Shown one piece after another: positions 28,015 through 36,567 of a stretch of 64,000 nucleotides of DNA. Every line of letters begins with the position of its first letter. Position 1 is the stretch's first letter. The notes under the pieces are model-generated. The model was given only the letters and a program-made list of their open reading frames with translations. It had not been told where the DNA came from and did no database searches. A program made the position numbers and the translations under genes. The DNA lies in the IMG/VR virus record IMGVR_UViG_3300042554_001750. The stretch is one strand, 5' to 3'. This DNA is from a virus. Lineage: Duplodnaviria; Caudoviricetes.

Positions 28015-28066
28015 TATCTAACTGTCTATGAGACTATTATATAACCAAATCCAATTATTGTCAACC
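28015..28066 (-). repeat. 52-bp exact direct repeat, copy 1 (contains sigma70 promoter and start of leader)
   Basis: TATCTAACTGTCTATGAGACTATTATATAACCAAATCCAATTATTGTCAACC, identical to 28847..28898. Confidence 0.95.
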
Positions 28067-28231
28067 TCAGGAATTCACCGTGCTGAACGGATCAAAATCC
28101 TCAGATTTAGATTCCATGGATTCTAGGGTGTCATAGACCCAACTCAACGGAATATTAAGAATCCTAGCAATCTTAGTGGGGTGCATACCCTCTTCCAAAT
28201 ATTCTTGAATATCCATGGAAATATCACTCAT
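28067..28231 (-). CDS. Small HTH-like protein, 54 aa
   Basis: Hand-translated MSDISMDIQEYLEEGMHPTKIARILNIPLSWVYDTL...; below ORF-track cutoff. Confidence 0.55.
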   Translation of the reverse strand: MSDISMDIQEYLEEGMHPTKIARILNIPLSWVYDTLESMESKSEDFDPFSTVNS

Positions 28232-28254
28232 CCTAGACATTTTTTGTCAACCTT

Positions 28255-28467
28255 TCAGCGTGAGAGAAAACGAGCCAACTCCTCATTGAGAGTGTTCATT
28301 TCAAATTGTTCAACATAGAAATCAGTCTTGGGATCCCAGTATTGACCTGCCTTCGGATCGTAATACAATACACGACCACCCACGAAAGCAAACGGACCCT
28401 CAAGACCCTTGATAGGCTTGTACCCACCATAAACATCTTCAGTGCGACCAAGAACCTTGTAACCCAT
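28255..28467 (-). CDS. Hypothetical phage protein, 70 aa
   Basis: LEGPF...GRVLYYDPKAGQYWDP. Confidence 0.7.
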   Translation of the reverse strand: MGYKVLGRTEDVYGGYKPIKGLEGPFAFVGGRVLYYDPKAGQYWDPKTDFYVEQFEMNTLNEELARFLSR

Positions 28468-28468
28468 T

Positions 28469-28558
28469 TTACTGACCCTTCCATGCTTGGTCTTGAATAC
28501 GCTTCCATGTCTCAGCTACCCATTTATTCATCTGGGCCGAGGTGATCATCTTAGCCAT
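28469..28558 (-). CDS. Micro-ORF, 29 aa
   Basis: AGGAG RBS; MAKMITSAQMNKWVAETWKRIQDQAWKGQ; fills the gap exactly. Confidence 0.55.
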   Translation of the reverse strand: MAKMITSAQMNKWVAETWKRIQDQAWKGQ

Positions 28559-28567
28559 AATTACTCC

Positions 28568-28834
28568 TTAAATGAGGTCAACTTGAACCTGAACATCAAC
28601 CTTTTGACCATCGTGGTCATAGGCATTGTATGTACGGGCGATACCAGTAATTTCCTTGCCCGTCAGAGCCTGACTAGTACCGATGGTTTGTAGAGCCATA
28701 AGCACAGAGACACGCTGGGCAATAAAACACATATCAAACACGCCAGCCACCGTAGTAAAGAAGCCAACACCGTCAACAATCACACGGATTTTTTGGCTGT
28801 TATTCAGACCTTCAACCAAACGCTTTGCACGCAT
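28568..28834 (-). CDS. Hypothetical protein, 88 aa
   Basis: AGGAG RBS, downstream of repeat copy 2. Confidence 0.7.
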   Translation of the reverse strand: MRAKRLVEGLNNSQKIRVIVDGVGFFTTVAGVFDMCFIAQRVSVLMALQTIGTSQALTGKEITGIARTYNAYDHDGQKVDVQVQVDLI

Positions 28835-28846
28835 AATTCGCTCCTG

Positions 28847-28898
28847 TATCTAACTGTCTATGAGACTATTATATAACCAAATCCAATTATTGTCAACC
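28847..28898 (-). repeat. 52-bp exact direct repeat, copy 2
   Basis: Identical to 28015..28066. Confidence 0.95.
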
Positions 28899-29066
28899 AA
28901 TAATTGTAAGGAAAGTATACACTCGGACATCACGCTTTGCGAGCGTCCGAGCATCATGCAGGGCTCCGATTTTTGCGCCCTTGAGTGTTTTGTATTGCTT
29001 ACCCATCTCGGCCCAAAGATAGCCCTCGGCGTTCTTAATTAGGGTAACATGTTGTTTTTTCAGCAT
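28893..29066 (-). CDS. Small basic protein, 57 aa, probably leaderless
   Basis: Hand-translated MLKKQHVTLIKNAEGYLWAEMGKQYKTLKGAK...; ATG is 6 nt after TATAAT. Confidence 0.55.
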   Translation of the reverse strand: MLKKQHVTLIKNAEGYLWAEMGKQYKTLKGAKIGALHDARTLAKRDVRVYTFLTIIG

Positions 29067-29072
29067 ATTTGT

Positions 29073-29103
29073 ATTATATGCCCAAATCCAATTATTGTCA
29101 ACC
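29073..29103 (-). promoter_or_regulatory. Sigma70-type early promoter (cassette repeat)
   Basis: GGTTGACAATAATTGGATTTGGGCATATAAT. Confidence 0.9.
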
Positions 29104-29385
29104 GTTTTTTAGTGCTAGAAAAATCAGTTTAGTGTCACGGGGAGTCCAACGCTTTCCGTCAGGACCACAGGCTTCGTAGGTTCCACGCATTACATTGCAA
29201 CTATGAAAATAACCCGGGGTAATTTTACCGAACACCGGGTCATACTTTTCCTCATTCCAGGACTCGGGAATATGGCACTTGAAAAAATAACTTTCACGCA
29301 ATAGCCGAGCCATGAATGAGCCCTTGGCGTGTTTACAATCCTTGCACTTAAGTTCCTTATTGTACACAGGCTGTGACATGTTCAT
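29098..29385 (-). CDS. Small Cys-rich hypothetical protein
   Basis: CKDCKH...C...C...CGPDGK pattern. Confidence 0.7.
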   Translation of the reverse strand: MNMSQPVYNKELKCKDCKHAKGSFMARLLRESYFFKCHIPESWNEEKYDPVFGKITPGYFHSCNVMRGTYEACGPDGKRWTPRDTKLIFLALKNG

Positions 29386-29503
29386 CCTTCAAAATCTGTT
29401 GTGAAAAAACAACGCCACCGTATGCTTGCTGGTAGCACAATGCAGTGGCTTCAATGTAGAAAGTGTAGATACGACCTTGGGGAGTTACCAGAGTGTAGTT
29501 CAT
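29357..29503 (-). CDS. Micro-ORF, 48 aa
   Basis: Hand-translated MNYTLVTPQGRIYTFYIEATALCYQQAYGGVVFSQQ..., downstream of a promoter with AAGGA RBS. Confidence 0.5.
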   Translation of the reverse strand: MNYTLVTPQGRIYTFYIEATALCYQQAYGGVVFSQQILKDEHVTACVQ

Positions 29504-29527
29504 ACAGTTCCTTATCAACTATACCTT

Positions 29528-29556
29528 AGTATAGCACAGGAACCATTTATTGTCAA
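29528..29556 (-). promoter_or_regulatory. Sigma70-type early promoter (cassette repeat)
   Basis: TTGACAATAAATGGTTCCTGTGCTATACT. Confidence 0.85.
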
Positions 29557-29558
29557 AT

Positions 29559-30551
29559 TTAGTTTTTATAGACTACAGTGGTATCCGCACTCTTGGCATT
29601 CTTTTGTGAAGTCTGATTGCTTTGCCTTTTACTGCTCACCACATTGAGGGTGTTCACAACACTAAAACCCAATTCTTTATGGTAGGCAAGTACATCATCA
29701 CTCATGTCCCGATTGCGTACCTTACCTACATTCCAGCAACTAACACCATCTTCTTTAAGATGTTCAATGCTCAAATGAATGATCCCACGCAAAAAAGTAT
29801 CTGCCCAAGCTTGGTAGGTTGGTGTATTGGTAATTGATTGCGTATTTTGATGTGCGTATACTTCAAGGTCAAAGTAGGGAGGACTTGTTAAAACTAAATC
29901 TACCTTAGGTAGGTTGTATTTTTTCATGTTTAACGCATCATCACAAATCAAGGTCACACGATTTTGTATCCCCAAAAAGTTCACAATGTCATTTAGATTT
30001 TTATAAGTTTCAGTGTTTGGTTCAAATGCTATGTAATGGGCCCCATACGATACTGCACCGAGCATGCGACCTCCCCAACCTGCACAAGGATCAAGGACTA
30101 TTTCAGGCTTGTATTTTATGCAGGCTAGTTTCATCATTTGAGGTCTGTACATTGTGTTTTTTGTTAGACCACAACAAAAGTAAATGCCACGCTTTAACTC
30201 ACTCATGTACGGGGTGCTATGACTTTTACGGTTCCATCTTAGAATTTTTTCTAAATTTTCTGCCTTCCACAAACTCTTAAAACTAGTTCCTGTTGCACTT
30301 TCAATATCATAGAAATTAGGGCAAAAGTGTTCACTCAATTTCATACCCAATCTAGAGGTAGAATTGATATCGTTATCTGTGGTAGTCCATTTGCAAAGTT
30401 TTTGCCAATCTTTTTTTAATTCGTCAACAGAATAATTATGTAGGAAACTAGTTTGTTCTAACTCTTTAGCAAGATGGGGCAATAGATTTTCAAAATCAGA
30501 ATTTGATAAATTTCTTAAACTAAATCTTTTATTTAAATAATTTAAAATCAT
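29559..30551 (-). CDS. Amino-type (m4C/m6A) DNA methyltransferase
   Basis: SAM-binding LDPCAGWGG and catalytic TSPPY. Confidence 0.8.
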   Translation of the reverse strand: MILNYLNKRFSLRNLSNSDFENLLPHLAKELEQTSFLHNYSVDELKKDWQKLCKWTTTDNDINSTSRLGMKLSEHFCPNFYDIESATGTSFKSLWKAENLEKILRWNRKSHSTPYMSELKRGIYFCCGLTKNTMYRPQMMKLACIKYKPEIVLDPCAGWGGRMLGAVSYGAHYIAFEPNTETYKNLNDIVNFLGIQNRVTLICDDALNMKKYNLPKVDLVLTSPPYFDLEVYAHQNTQSITNTPTYQAWADTFLRGIIHLSIEHLKEDGVSCWNVGKVRNRDMSDDVLAYHKELGFSVVNTLNVVSSKRQSNQTSQKNAKSADTTVVYKN

Positions 30552-31144
30552 TTTGTTAGGTTTATAAATTTTTGAAGCATTACTTTACTCATACATTTTT
30601 TTGAATTATTTTCATCAAAGTAAAGTATTTCTAAATTTGGGCAGTCAATATATTGTTTATATCCAAATCTCACGGATTTACGAGTGGTTGAATTGTTAAT
30701 TTTCTTTAAGAGTTTTGCTTCTAAATCTGAAGTGATATGATTTGCAGGGAACCTCACCACAAAAAGGCATTTATCGTCTGCAAACCCTGAACAAAGAATA
30801 TCCCAGTCTTTAATATCATTGATTTTTTTCAAGGTAATATCATTAAAACTACCGCCACCTGTTAATTTTTTTTGTTTCCCCTTTTCATTTTTGTGAGCGT
30901 ATTCAGGTTTTACTTCAACATATTTTTTTCTTGTACTGTCATAGCCGTCTGCTCCTTGTTTTTTATCTATTTTTTTGCAACCTGCCACAGAAAGTGTTAG
31001 TTCCTCTCTTAATGTACTTGAATTTTTGTCAAATAAAAATGTCTCAATAATTTCTTGTGCTACTTTGGTCAATTTGTTAAATTCTTTTTTATCACCAAAA
31101 AAATAGTTTTTTATCAATTTAAGTGCATCTGGGCTAAGACTCAT
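30548..31144 (-). CDS. Putative type II-like restriction endonuclease (PD-(D/E)XK)
   Basis: E...QGADGYD...YVEVKPE motif; translationally coupled to the MTase. Confidence 0.5.
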   Translation of the reverse strand: MSLSPDALKLIKNYFFGDKKEFNKLTKVAQEIIETFLFDKNSSTLREELTLSVAGCKKIDKKQGADGYDSTRKKYVEVKPEYAHKNEKGKQKKLTGGGSFNDITLKKINDIKDWDILCSGFADDKCLFVVRFPANHITSDLEAKLLKKINNSTTRKSVRFGYKQYIDCPNLEILYFDENNSKKCMSKVMLQKFINLTK

Positions 31145-31174
31145 AAGTTCCTCTCAATAAACTGTATAGAATAA

Positions 31175-31203
31175 ATTATATAGTAATTTTACGGGTATGT
31201 CAA
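31175..31203 (-). promoter_or_regulatory. Sigma70-type promoter for nuclease-MTase pair
   Basis: TTGACA-17 nt-TATAAT. Confidence 0.85.
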
Positions 31204-31228
31204 CAAAAAAACCCGCACTAGGCGGGTT
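31204..31228 (-). terminator. Rho-independent terminator
   Basis: Minus strand AACCCGCC-TAG-TGCGGGTT followed by T-tract. Confidence 0.75.
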
Positions 31229-31249
31229 CTGTGTTAGTGTGTGAAACGA

Positions 31250-31489
31250 TTACTTTTTGTTCCAAGCCCAAAAAATAACTGCTAGGGCAATCAAGCCTAC
31301 AAGACCCTTCTCGCCTAATGCACCAACGAACTTAGCGATAGAGCCAACTACATCAATGCCTAGGAATGGTACTGCCGCACCAAATAGGATTTGTAGAACA
31401 ACGCCTACGGCAATCAGTTTGATTCCTAAATCCATAACATGACCTAGAAATACTCCTGCCATGCCAAATGCTTTGCTTACTTGTTCCAT
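31250..31489 (-). CDS. Small membrane protein, 79 aa
   Basis: Two to three hydrophobic helices; basic C-terminus. Confidence 0.7.
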   Translation of the reverse strand: MEQVSKAFGMAGVFLGHVMDLGIKLIAVGVVLQILFGAAVPFLGIDVVGSIAKFVGALGEKGLVGLIALAVIFWAWNKK

Positions 31490-31593
31490 GTTTTTTGTTT
31501 CCTTTCACAAACTAATATTTACCGTAATAAGGTACCATATTAAGTGTCAGGACTATGTGTAATAACATAGAACAGTTAGCACATTAACTGCGA

Positions 31594-32394
31594 TTAGTTA
31601 ACCAAATCATACTTTTCAACTTGATAGAATCCTATATCGTGCTTTCGTTTAGTATAATAAAGACCACTGAGAGTGATAGGATTTTGTATGAGTTGTTCAA
31701 ATATACCAGTCAATGGATTATTTTTATCTAAGTAAAGAGCAACAACATTATTGTTTTCGTCACTAAACCAATATTCATTACGCTTTAATGATCGGCGATC
31801 TAACACAGTTTTACTAATGAATGATAATGTTTTTAACTCTTTGCCTATAACATTTTTTGATACTACCGTTTTTCTTCCGCTGAAAATTTTATCAATCTCT
31901 ATATCATAGAAGTAGAACTGGGGCAAACGATATGCCAATCCAAATGTTTGCTCTACAAATTTAGTTCCATCGCTGTGAACAAATTTATTCAAGTCCTCAG
32001 TATAGTTAGAGATATGTTCGTTTTTTAATTTCAGCATCATAATTTTTTTGCTGTAATAGTCACGAACCTTACCTGCTAATTCTTTATCTTCGTCAGTTAC
32101 TAACGGGAACAAATCTCTATCCAGAAGCTTACTAATTGTAGGGCGAATGGCTAGATTAGTATCTGTAGAACTGTTTCGTATTCTATACCAAGCACAACTC
32201 AATGCCAACAAATCTTCTTCTGATTCGTAAATTTCGTATTTTTTAAAATACTTAGATTGTTGTTCTTCACCAAAAGAAAAAATATTCACATTTCCAGATC
32301 CTTGAATGGTACCGTTCGTAGACAAACTATTAGGGAAAGTAATGTTACCTAATATTTTATTAATTTGTTGAGCGGATAATTTTGTATTAGCCAA
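31594..32394 (-). CDS. Hypothetical protein, 266 aa
   Basis: Long ORF in recombination operon. Confidence 0.75.
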   Translation of the reverse strand: MANTKLSAQQINKILGNITFPNSLSTNGTIQGSGNVNIFSFGEEQQSKYFKKYEIYESEEDLLALSCAWYRIRNSSTDTNLAIRPTISKLLDRDLFPLVTDEDKELAGKVRDYYSKKIMMLKLKNEHISNYTEDLNKFVHSDGTKFVEQTFGLAYRLPQFYFYDIEIDKIFSGRKTVVSKNVIGKELKTLSFISKTVLDRRSLKRNEYWFSDENNNVVALYLDKNNPLTGIFEQLIQNPITLSGLYYTKRKHDIGFYQVEKYDLVN

Positions 32395-32845
32395 TTGTAA
32401 TGTCCTCCATACCGGCTGTTCGTAATCTTACAATGTGTCCCATCTGCCATTGTTTGGCTTCAAGACCCTTCATAATGCCTAACCAACGATTGCGTAGTAG
32501 TGCTACTTCATTGATAATGGTTTCAAAGTCAATGACTTCATCCTCACCATCAACATACTTTTCAGCATCACGGCTAGTCAATGCTCTATTATACGCTTCT
32601 AAATATTTTTGAAAATGCTTTCGGCGAATTTTCCTAAGTTGTATGTTGAGGTAATTTAACACAGCCTCAATTTCTTGAAGCTGGTTAAATCTATGCTCAG
32701 TAACACCCGGTAGGTTGGCAATGTTCTTTTCTACATTGCCATAAATGGAAACTTCTTTTTTTGCCGAGATTAATTCTGATTCATAATGTGTAATAAAATC
32801 GGGTATCACACCAAGATTTTGTGTGACTTTAGTGTACCAATTCAT
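32387..32845 (-). CDS. uvsY: Recombination mediator, UvsY-like
   Basis: Helical protein with AEKYVDGEDEV...GIMKGLEAKQWQMGHIVRLRTAG; close to uvsX. Confidence 0.8.
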   Translation of the reverse strand: MNWYTKVTQNLGVIPDFITHYESELISAKKEVSIYGNVEKNIANLPGVTEHRFNQLQEIEAVLNYLNIQLRKIRRKHFQKYLEAYNRALTSRDAEKYVDGEDEVIDFETIINEVALLRNRWLGIMKGLEAKQWQMGHIVRLRTAGMEDITIG

Positions 32846-32848
32846 TCA

Positions 32849-33094
32849 TCACCATTCTTCATCTTCGTCGTCGTAATCTTCTTCGTATTCTTCTTCTAAT
32901 TCATGTTCACTGACATAATCTTTGAGTGCGTTCAAAATTTCTTTTTCACCACGGAAAGATTCTTTGATTTCATCTGCTTCATAATTGTTGTCAATTAAAA
33001 AGCTAACCAATGTGTCAGCGGCATCTTTTCTTTCAGAGATATCAATATGACCTCTTAATGCATCCCATACTTCTGCTACAAAATCTAAACTCAT
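32849..33094 (-). CDS. Small acidic hypothetical protein
   Basis: Glu/Asp-rich tail. Confidence 0.7.
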   Translation of the reverse strand: MSLDFVAEVWDALRGHIDISERKDAADTLVSFLIDNNYEADEIKESFRGEKEILNALKDYVSEHELEEEYEEDYDDEDEEW

Positions 33095-33852
33095 TCTGTA
33101 ATGTTCTCCTCTGTTGATACATTACTTATCTTTGAATTATATTTTTCAACAAACCATCCTTTACATGAACCGCGGGCTGGTATCTTTTTATTTCTCATAA
33201 TCTTTTCCATAGTAGGCACACTTAAATTGTGTAGGTTACAAAAATTATAAAACCCCTCAGCTATATATTCAACTGAATCGGGTGAAATAAATCTATAGGT
33301 TTTTATATTGTTTTTGTTACCCTTCATTCTTTCTGAATGTTTCTTTTTGTTTTCGTCTGTGTGGTGCTTGTTATAAAACCCGTTCTTCTCACCTGTGACA
33401 CCTAACCCAATTTTCTTTTTTGTTTCTGCTGTCATGGGTTTTCTGCCATTTTCTAATAGAGTATTTTTATAACTTTCTATTCTTTTTTCTAAATGAGCAG
33501 GTGCTTGCTTTTTACCTTTATGAGAAGGGGGTCGTTTATCTAAACAAATGTTGGTCAATATACCGCCTTCATCAATATTTTCTCTCCCGTATTTTTTAAT
33601 ATAAGATGCCTCAATCTCATATGCGACATTTTCATCAATAATATTGTCAGTCAAAATACTTATAGGTATCTCGTATCCCTGTTCTCGTAAATATTGAATC
33701 TTAAAGAACTTATGACGATTATCAGTATTGTCAATAGTTTCCTTGAAGTGATCCAAATGTCTTTGATTTTCAGTTTTACCTTTACCTATATAAAAAGGAA
33801 GGTTGGTTCTATTATCTATTAGGGCGTATATGTAATACATAGCAGTCTCCAT
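33091..33852 (-). CDS. Free-standing GIY-YIG homing endonuclease
   Basis: YIYALID...FYIGKG; NUMOD3-like KKKIGL...GEKNGFYNKHHT..KKK; probable true start at the second Met (33840) behind GGAG. Confidence 0.8.
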   Translation of the reverse strand: METAMYYIYALIDNRTNLPFYIGKGKTENQRHLDHFKETIDNTDNRHKFFKIQYLREQGYEIPISILTDNIIDENVAYEIEASYIKKYGRENIDEGGILTNICLDKRPPSHKGKKQAPAHLEKRIESYKNTLLENGRKPMTAETKKKIGLGVTGEKNGFYNKHHTDENKKKHSERMKGNKNNIKTYRFISPDSVEYIAEGFYNFCNLHNLSVPTMEKIMRNKKIPARGSCKGWFVEKYNSKISNVSTEENITE

Positions 33853-33887
33853 AATATTATTTATGCTAACTGCTATGAATCCATATT

Positions 33888-34943
33888 TTATTCTTCATCA
33901 GGAGATTCCATCGGAGTTTCTTTGGGTGAAAGCATGATATCTTTCATTACAATATTCAGACAATTATCGTCATTTCGCTCCCAGCCTTTGCGAAACTTTT
34001 TTATGATTTCTCCGTCTTTTGTGGTATATACCAGACTATTACCTTCTTTTGAGAGTAATCCTTTTCCTTCAATCAAATCTGTAAGACCTGAAAACGGACT
34101 CATACCTTGGTCGTACGGGATCTTAACTTGAACACTTTCAAATGGTTTTGCGTAGCGAGTTTTCATAACCTTACAAGCACTACGAATACCTCTAACTTCA
34201 CTTACCTTGTTGCCATCTTCATCTTCTTTAAGTTTGAGTTTACGCATAGCAACAACAATACTTGAAGCATAGATAAAGCCTTGACCACCTGAAATCTTAT
34301 CATCAGGATCAAACATATCTTGTGAAGCATATGTGTGATTAGTCGCAACCAATCCTACATTGTGACTGCCAAACATATTAACACAGTTGCGAACAAGTGC
34401 CGTCAATGCCTTAGGCTTACGACCCATGTCACCCTTCATGTCACCTGCTTCAAACTGATTAACATCAGTAGGTGTCAGTAGCATACCTAGACTGTCAATG
34501 ATGAAAAGAACTTTAGGCTTATCATCAGCAGGCAGTGCCTTGTAGTTCTTCATAAACTCTGAAATAGTCTTGGCAACATCATCAATCATTGCCATGTTGA
34601 GTTTCAATAGTTTATCTTCACTGGTATCTACACCGAGTGCTTTCAGCCAATCTTCATCCAAGGCATTTTCTGAGTCAACCAAGACAACAAAGATGCCTTG
34701 TTGTTGTGCGTGTCTGACGAGGTTGCCTGAACAGATGTATGACTTTCCTGATCCTGACTCTCCGGCAAAGACAGTAACTTTACCAAGAGGTACGCCTTTA
34801 TTAAAGTCACCACTAATGAGGTAATTGAGAGCATAATTTCCTGTACTCACCCAATCTGTCGGGTCATTGAAACCAATGCTCAAGCCCTCAATAGACTTGG
34901 TGATATCCTTTCTAAATTTACTTACGTCAAATGGCTTTCCCAT
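33888..34943 (-). CDS. uvsX: RecA-like recombinase, UvsX
   Basis: Walker A GESGSGKS, IIDSLG, ISGGQG and KTR. Confidence 0.93.
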   Translation of the reverse strand: MGKPFDVSKFRKDITKSIEGLSIGFNDPTDWVSTGNYALNYLISGDFNKGVPLGKVTVFAGESGSGKSYICSGNLVRHAQQQGIFVVLVDSENALDEDWLKALGVDTSEDKLLKLNMAMIDDVAKTISEFMKNYKALPADDKPKVLFIIDSLGMLLTPTDVNQFEAGDMKGDMGRKPKALTALVRNCVNMFGSHNVGLVATNHTYASQDMFDPDDKISGGQGFIYASSIVVAMRKLKLKEDEDGNKVSEVRGIRSACKVMKTRYAKPFESVQVKIPYDQGMSPFSGLTDLIEGKGLLSKEGNSLVYTTKDGEIIKKFRKGWERNDDNCLNIVMKDIMLSPKETPMESPDEE

Positions 34944-34944
34944 A

Positions 34945-35133
34945 TTAATTATCCAACTTTTTAATGTTATATTCTTTAATCATTTCAATCAGTTGTTCTT
35001 CGGTGTTACACACAATTTTAGTAGTTTTCCAATCATTTTCTGTGTCACGCCCGCTGATTTCAATCATCCAACCATTATCATAACGATAAATGGTAAAGGA
35101 ATCACTTACTTTATCAAGTTTATTAAGTTTCAT
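34945..35133 (-). CDS. Small hypothetical protein, 62 aa
   Basis: Tiles in operon. Confidence 0.65.
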   Translation of the reverse strand: MKLNKLDKVSDSFTIYRYDNGWMIEISGRDTENDWKTTKIVCNTEEQLIEMIKEYNIKKLDN

Positions 35134-35142
35134 TTTATTTCC

Positions 35143-35379
35143 TTATTTTGTAATGCCGTTTGTATACAGTCTATCAGTAAATGATAGTTTGTCAAGGTAT
35201 TCTGGGCAGTTATCGGCAATCCGTTCTAGTTCAAAATCACTAGGATAATGCCTTAGGCAACCTCTTGCCCTATCTCTTACAACACTGGGTACTCTAGGAG
35301 TACGACCAGGATCGCATAACTCTTCCAGTAATTTTTTACTTTGCTTTAAAGCCCGAAATCTTTCATCTGGTAATGTCAT
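35143..35379 (-). CDS. BPSL0761-family-like small protein
   Basis: MTLPDERFRA...TPRVPSVVRDRARGCLRHYP; AGGAG RBS. Confidence 0.65.
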   Translation of the reverse strand: MTLPDERFRALKQSKKLLEELCDPGRTPRVPSVVRDRARGCLRHYPSDFELERIADNCPEYLDKLSFTDRLYTNGITK

Positions 35380-35394
35380 AGTTATCTCCTATGG

Positions 35395-35412
35395 AAGGGG
35401 CCTAAGCCCCTT
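35395..35412 (-). terminator. Terminator hairpin after gp32-like gene
   Basis: AAGGGGC-CTAA-GCCCCTT, nearly identical to the stem at 4945. Confidence 0.6.
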
Positions 35413-35419
35413 ATTCCGT

Positions 35420-36421
35420 TTAAGCAGACTTATTCTGTCTTGCTCGGATCATTGCCAAAATGTCTTGTGCTTTATCGCTTGATGGGGCACTAGGAACCTT
35501 GACAGGTTGTGAAGATGTTTGTGGTTCTTCATCTTCCCAAGGAGCAGAAGATTCTGCTACGGGTTGTTTAACGGGTGCACTGGTTCCAGCAGTCGCAGTT
35601 GGTTCAGCCGTTGTAGAACCTGCAGGAGCTTCAAGTCCATAAGGACGATAGTATTGACCCCAACGCTCATTATCGTAAGGCTTACCATCAACACTTGCTT
35701 CAAACATTTCTTTGATAACACGAAGTTCTGCTTCAGTGGGCTTCTTGGGCAAGAAGTCAGCAAGATTAAACAAGCCATGACTTTCAAGTGCGGCTTGTTC
35801 AGCCTCAGTCAATGAGCTTTCCTTACGGGCCCAGTTTGAAGTACTGTAATCAGCATAACCACCTTTGCTGGTCTTCTTAATGTTGAAATCAAGACCGCGC
35901 ATATAATCAGTTGGCAATTCTTCCATTTCAGGATCCATCAAACTAGACTTGATGATAGTAAAGATTTGCGGGCTGATAATGAACCTGCGAATAGGGTTAG
36001 CAGGAGCCTTGTCATCACCTAAAGGATTTGTACGAACGAAACCCTGGAACAAATAACTACGCTTCTTCCAATACTTGTTAGCCATTTCTTTCAATGACTC
36101 ATCCTTATACCAAGGACGAACTTCTGCCAAAACTGGGCAACTGTCGCCATACATCTCCGTGCACGGAACTTGTACAACAACTTGCTTCATGTTTGGATCA
36201 CCCTTCACACCATTGAAGGGAAGCTTAATGATTTGACGCTCTACCCAAAAGAATGTGTTGCTAGAGTTGGCATCGGGCAAAAATCGCACAGTAGCGATTG
36301 TACCTTCATCCATATTCCAGTGGGGGTAGATTGCGTTATCAGATGTAGCGCCTGATGCGCCTTTGTTTGACTTGTTTTCTTGGGCAGCAATTCGTGCCCT
36401 GATTTCTGCTAATGAGGCCAT
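35420..36421 (-). CDS. Single-stranded DNA-binding protein, T4 gp32-like
   Basis: Basic N-terminus, TVRFLPD, C...CPV, YWKKR and DYSTS; flexible acidic tail. Confidence 0.88.
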   Translation of the reverse strand: MASLAEIRARIAAQENKSNKGASGATSDNAIYPHWNMDEGTIATVRFLPDANSSNTFFWVERQIIKLPFNGVKGDPNMKQVVVQVPCTEMYGDSCPVLAEVRPWYKDESLKEMANKYWKKRSYLFQGFVRTNPLGDDKAPANPIRRFIISPQIFTIIKSSLMDPEMEELPTDYMRGLDFNIKKTSKGGYADYSTSNWARKESSLTEAEQAALESHGLFNLADFLPKKPTEAELRVIKEMFEASVDGKPYDNERWGQYYRPYGLEAPAGSTTAEPTATAGTSAPVKQPVAESSAPWEDEEPQTSSQPVKVPSAPSSDKAQDILAMIRARQNKSA

Positions 36422-36567
36422 AATATTTCTCCTTAAGTTGGTCTTTGTTGAGCCTAATATAAATTCGCTGATTCCCTATGAATCAACTAACATACACAAT
36501 ATGAATATTAAACTATTCTCGGTGCCTATGTCAATAGTATTTATCCCATTAATGGGAAAACACAAAA

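Noticed and set aside
27263-28021. 252-aa plus-strand ORF in the early island
   Set aside because: Antisense to two well-formed minus-strand genes with RBSs and promoters; no plus-strand promoter or RBS; composition is not protein-like.
28899-29520. tRNA genes in apparent intergenic gaps
   Set aside because: No cloverleaf or T-loop/CCA signatures seen; the gaps are filled by hand-translated short ORFs below the track cutoff.
26942-29556. Promoter repeats as a CRISPR array or attC sites
   Set aside because: Spacing is irregular (hundreds of bp containing ORFs), the repeats are plain sigma70 promoters and not palindromic, and no integrase is present.
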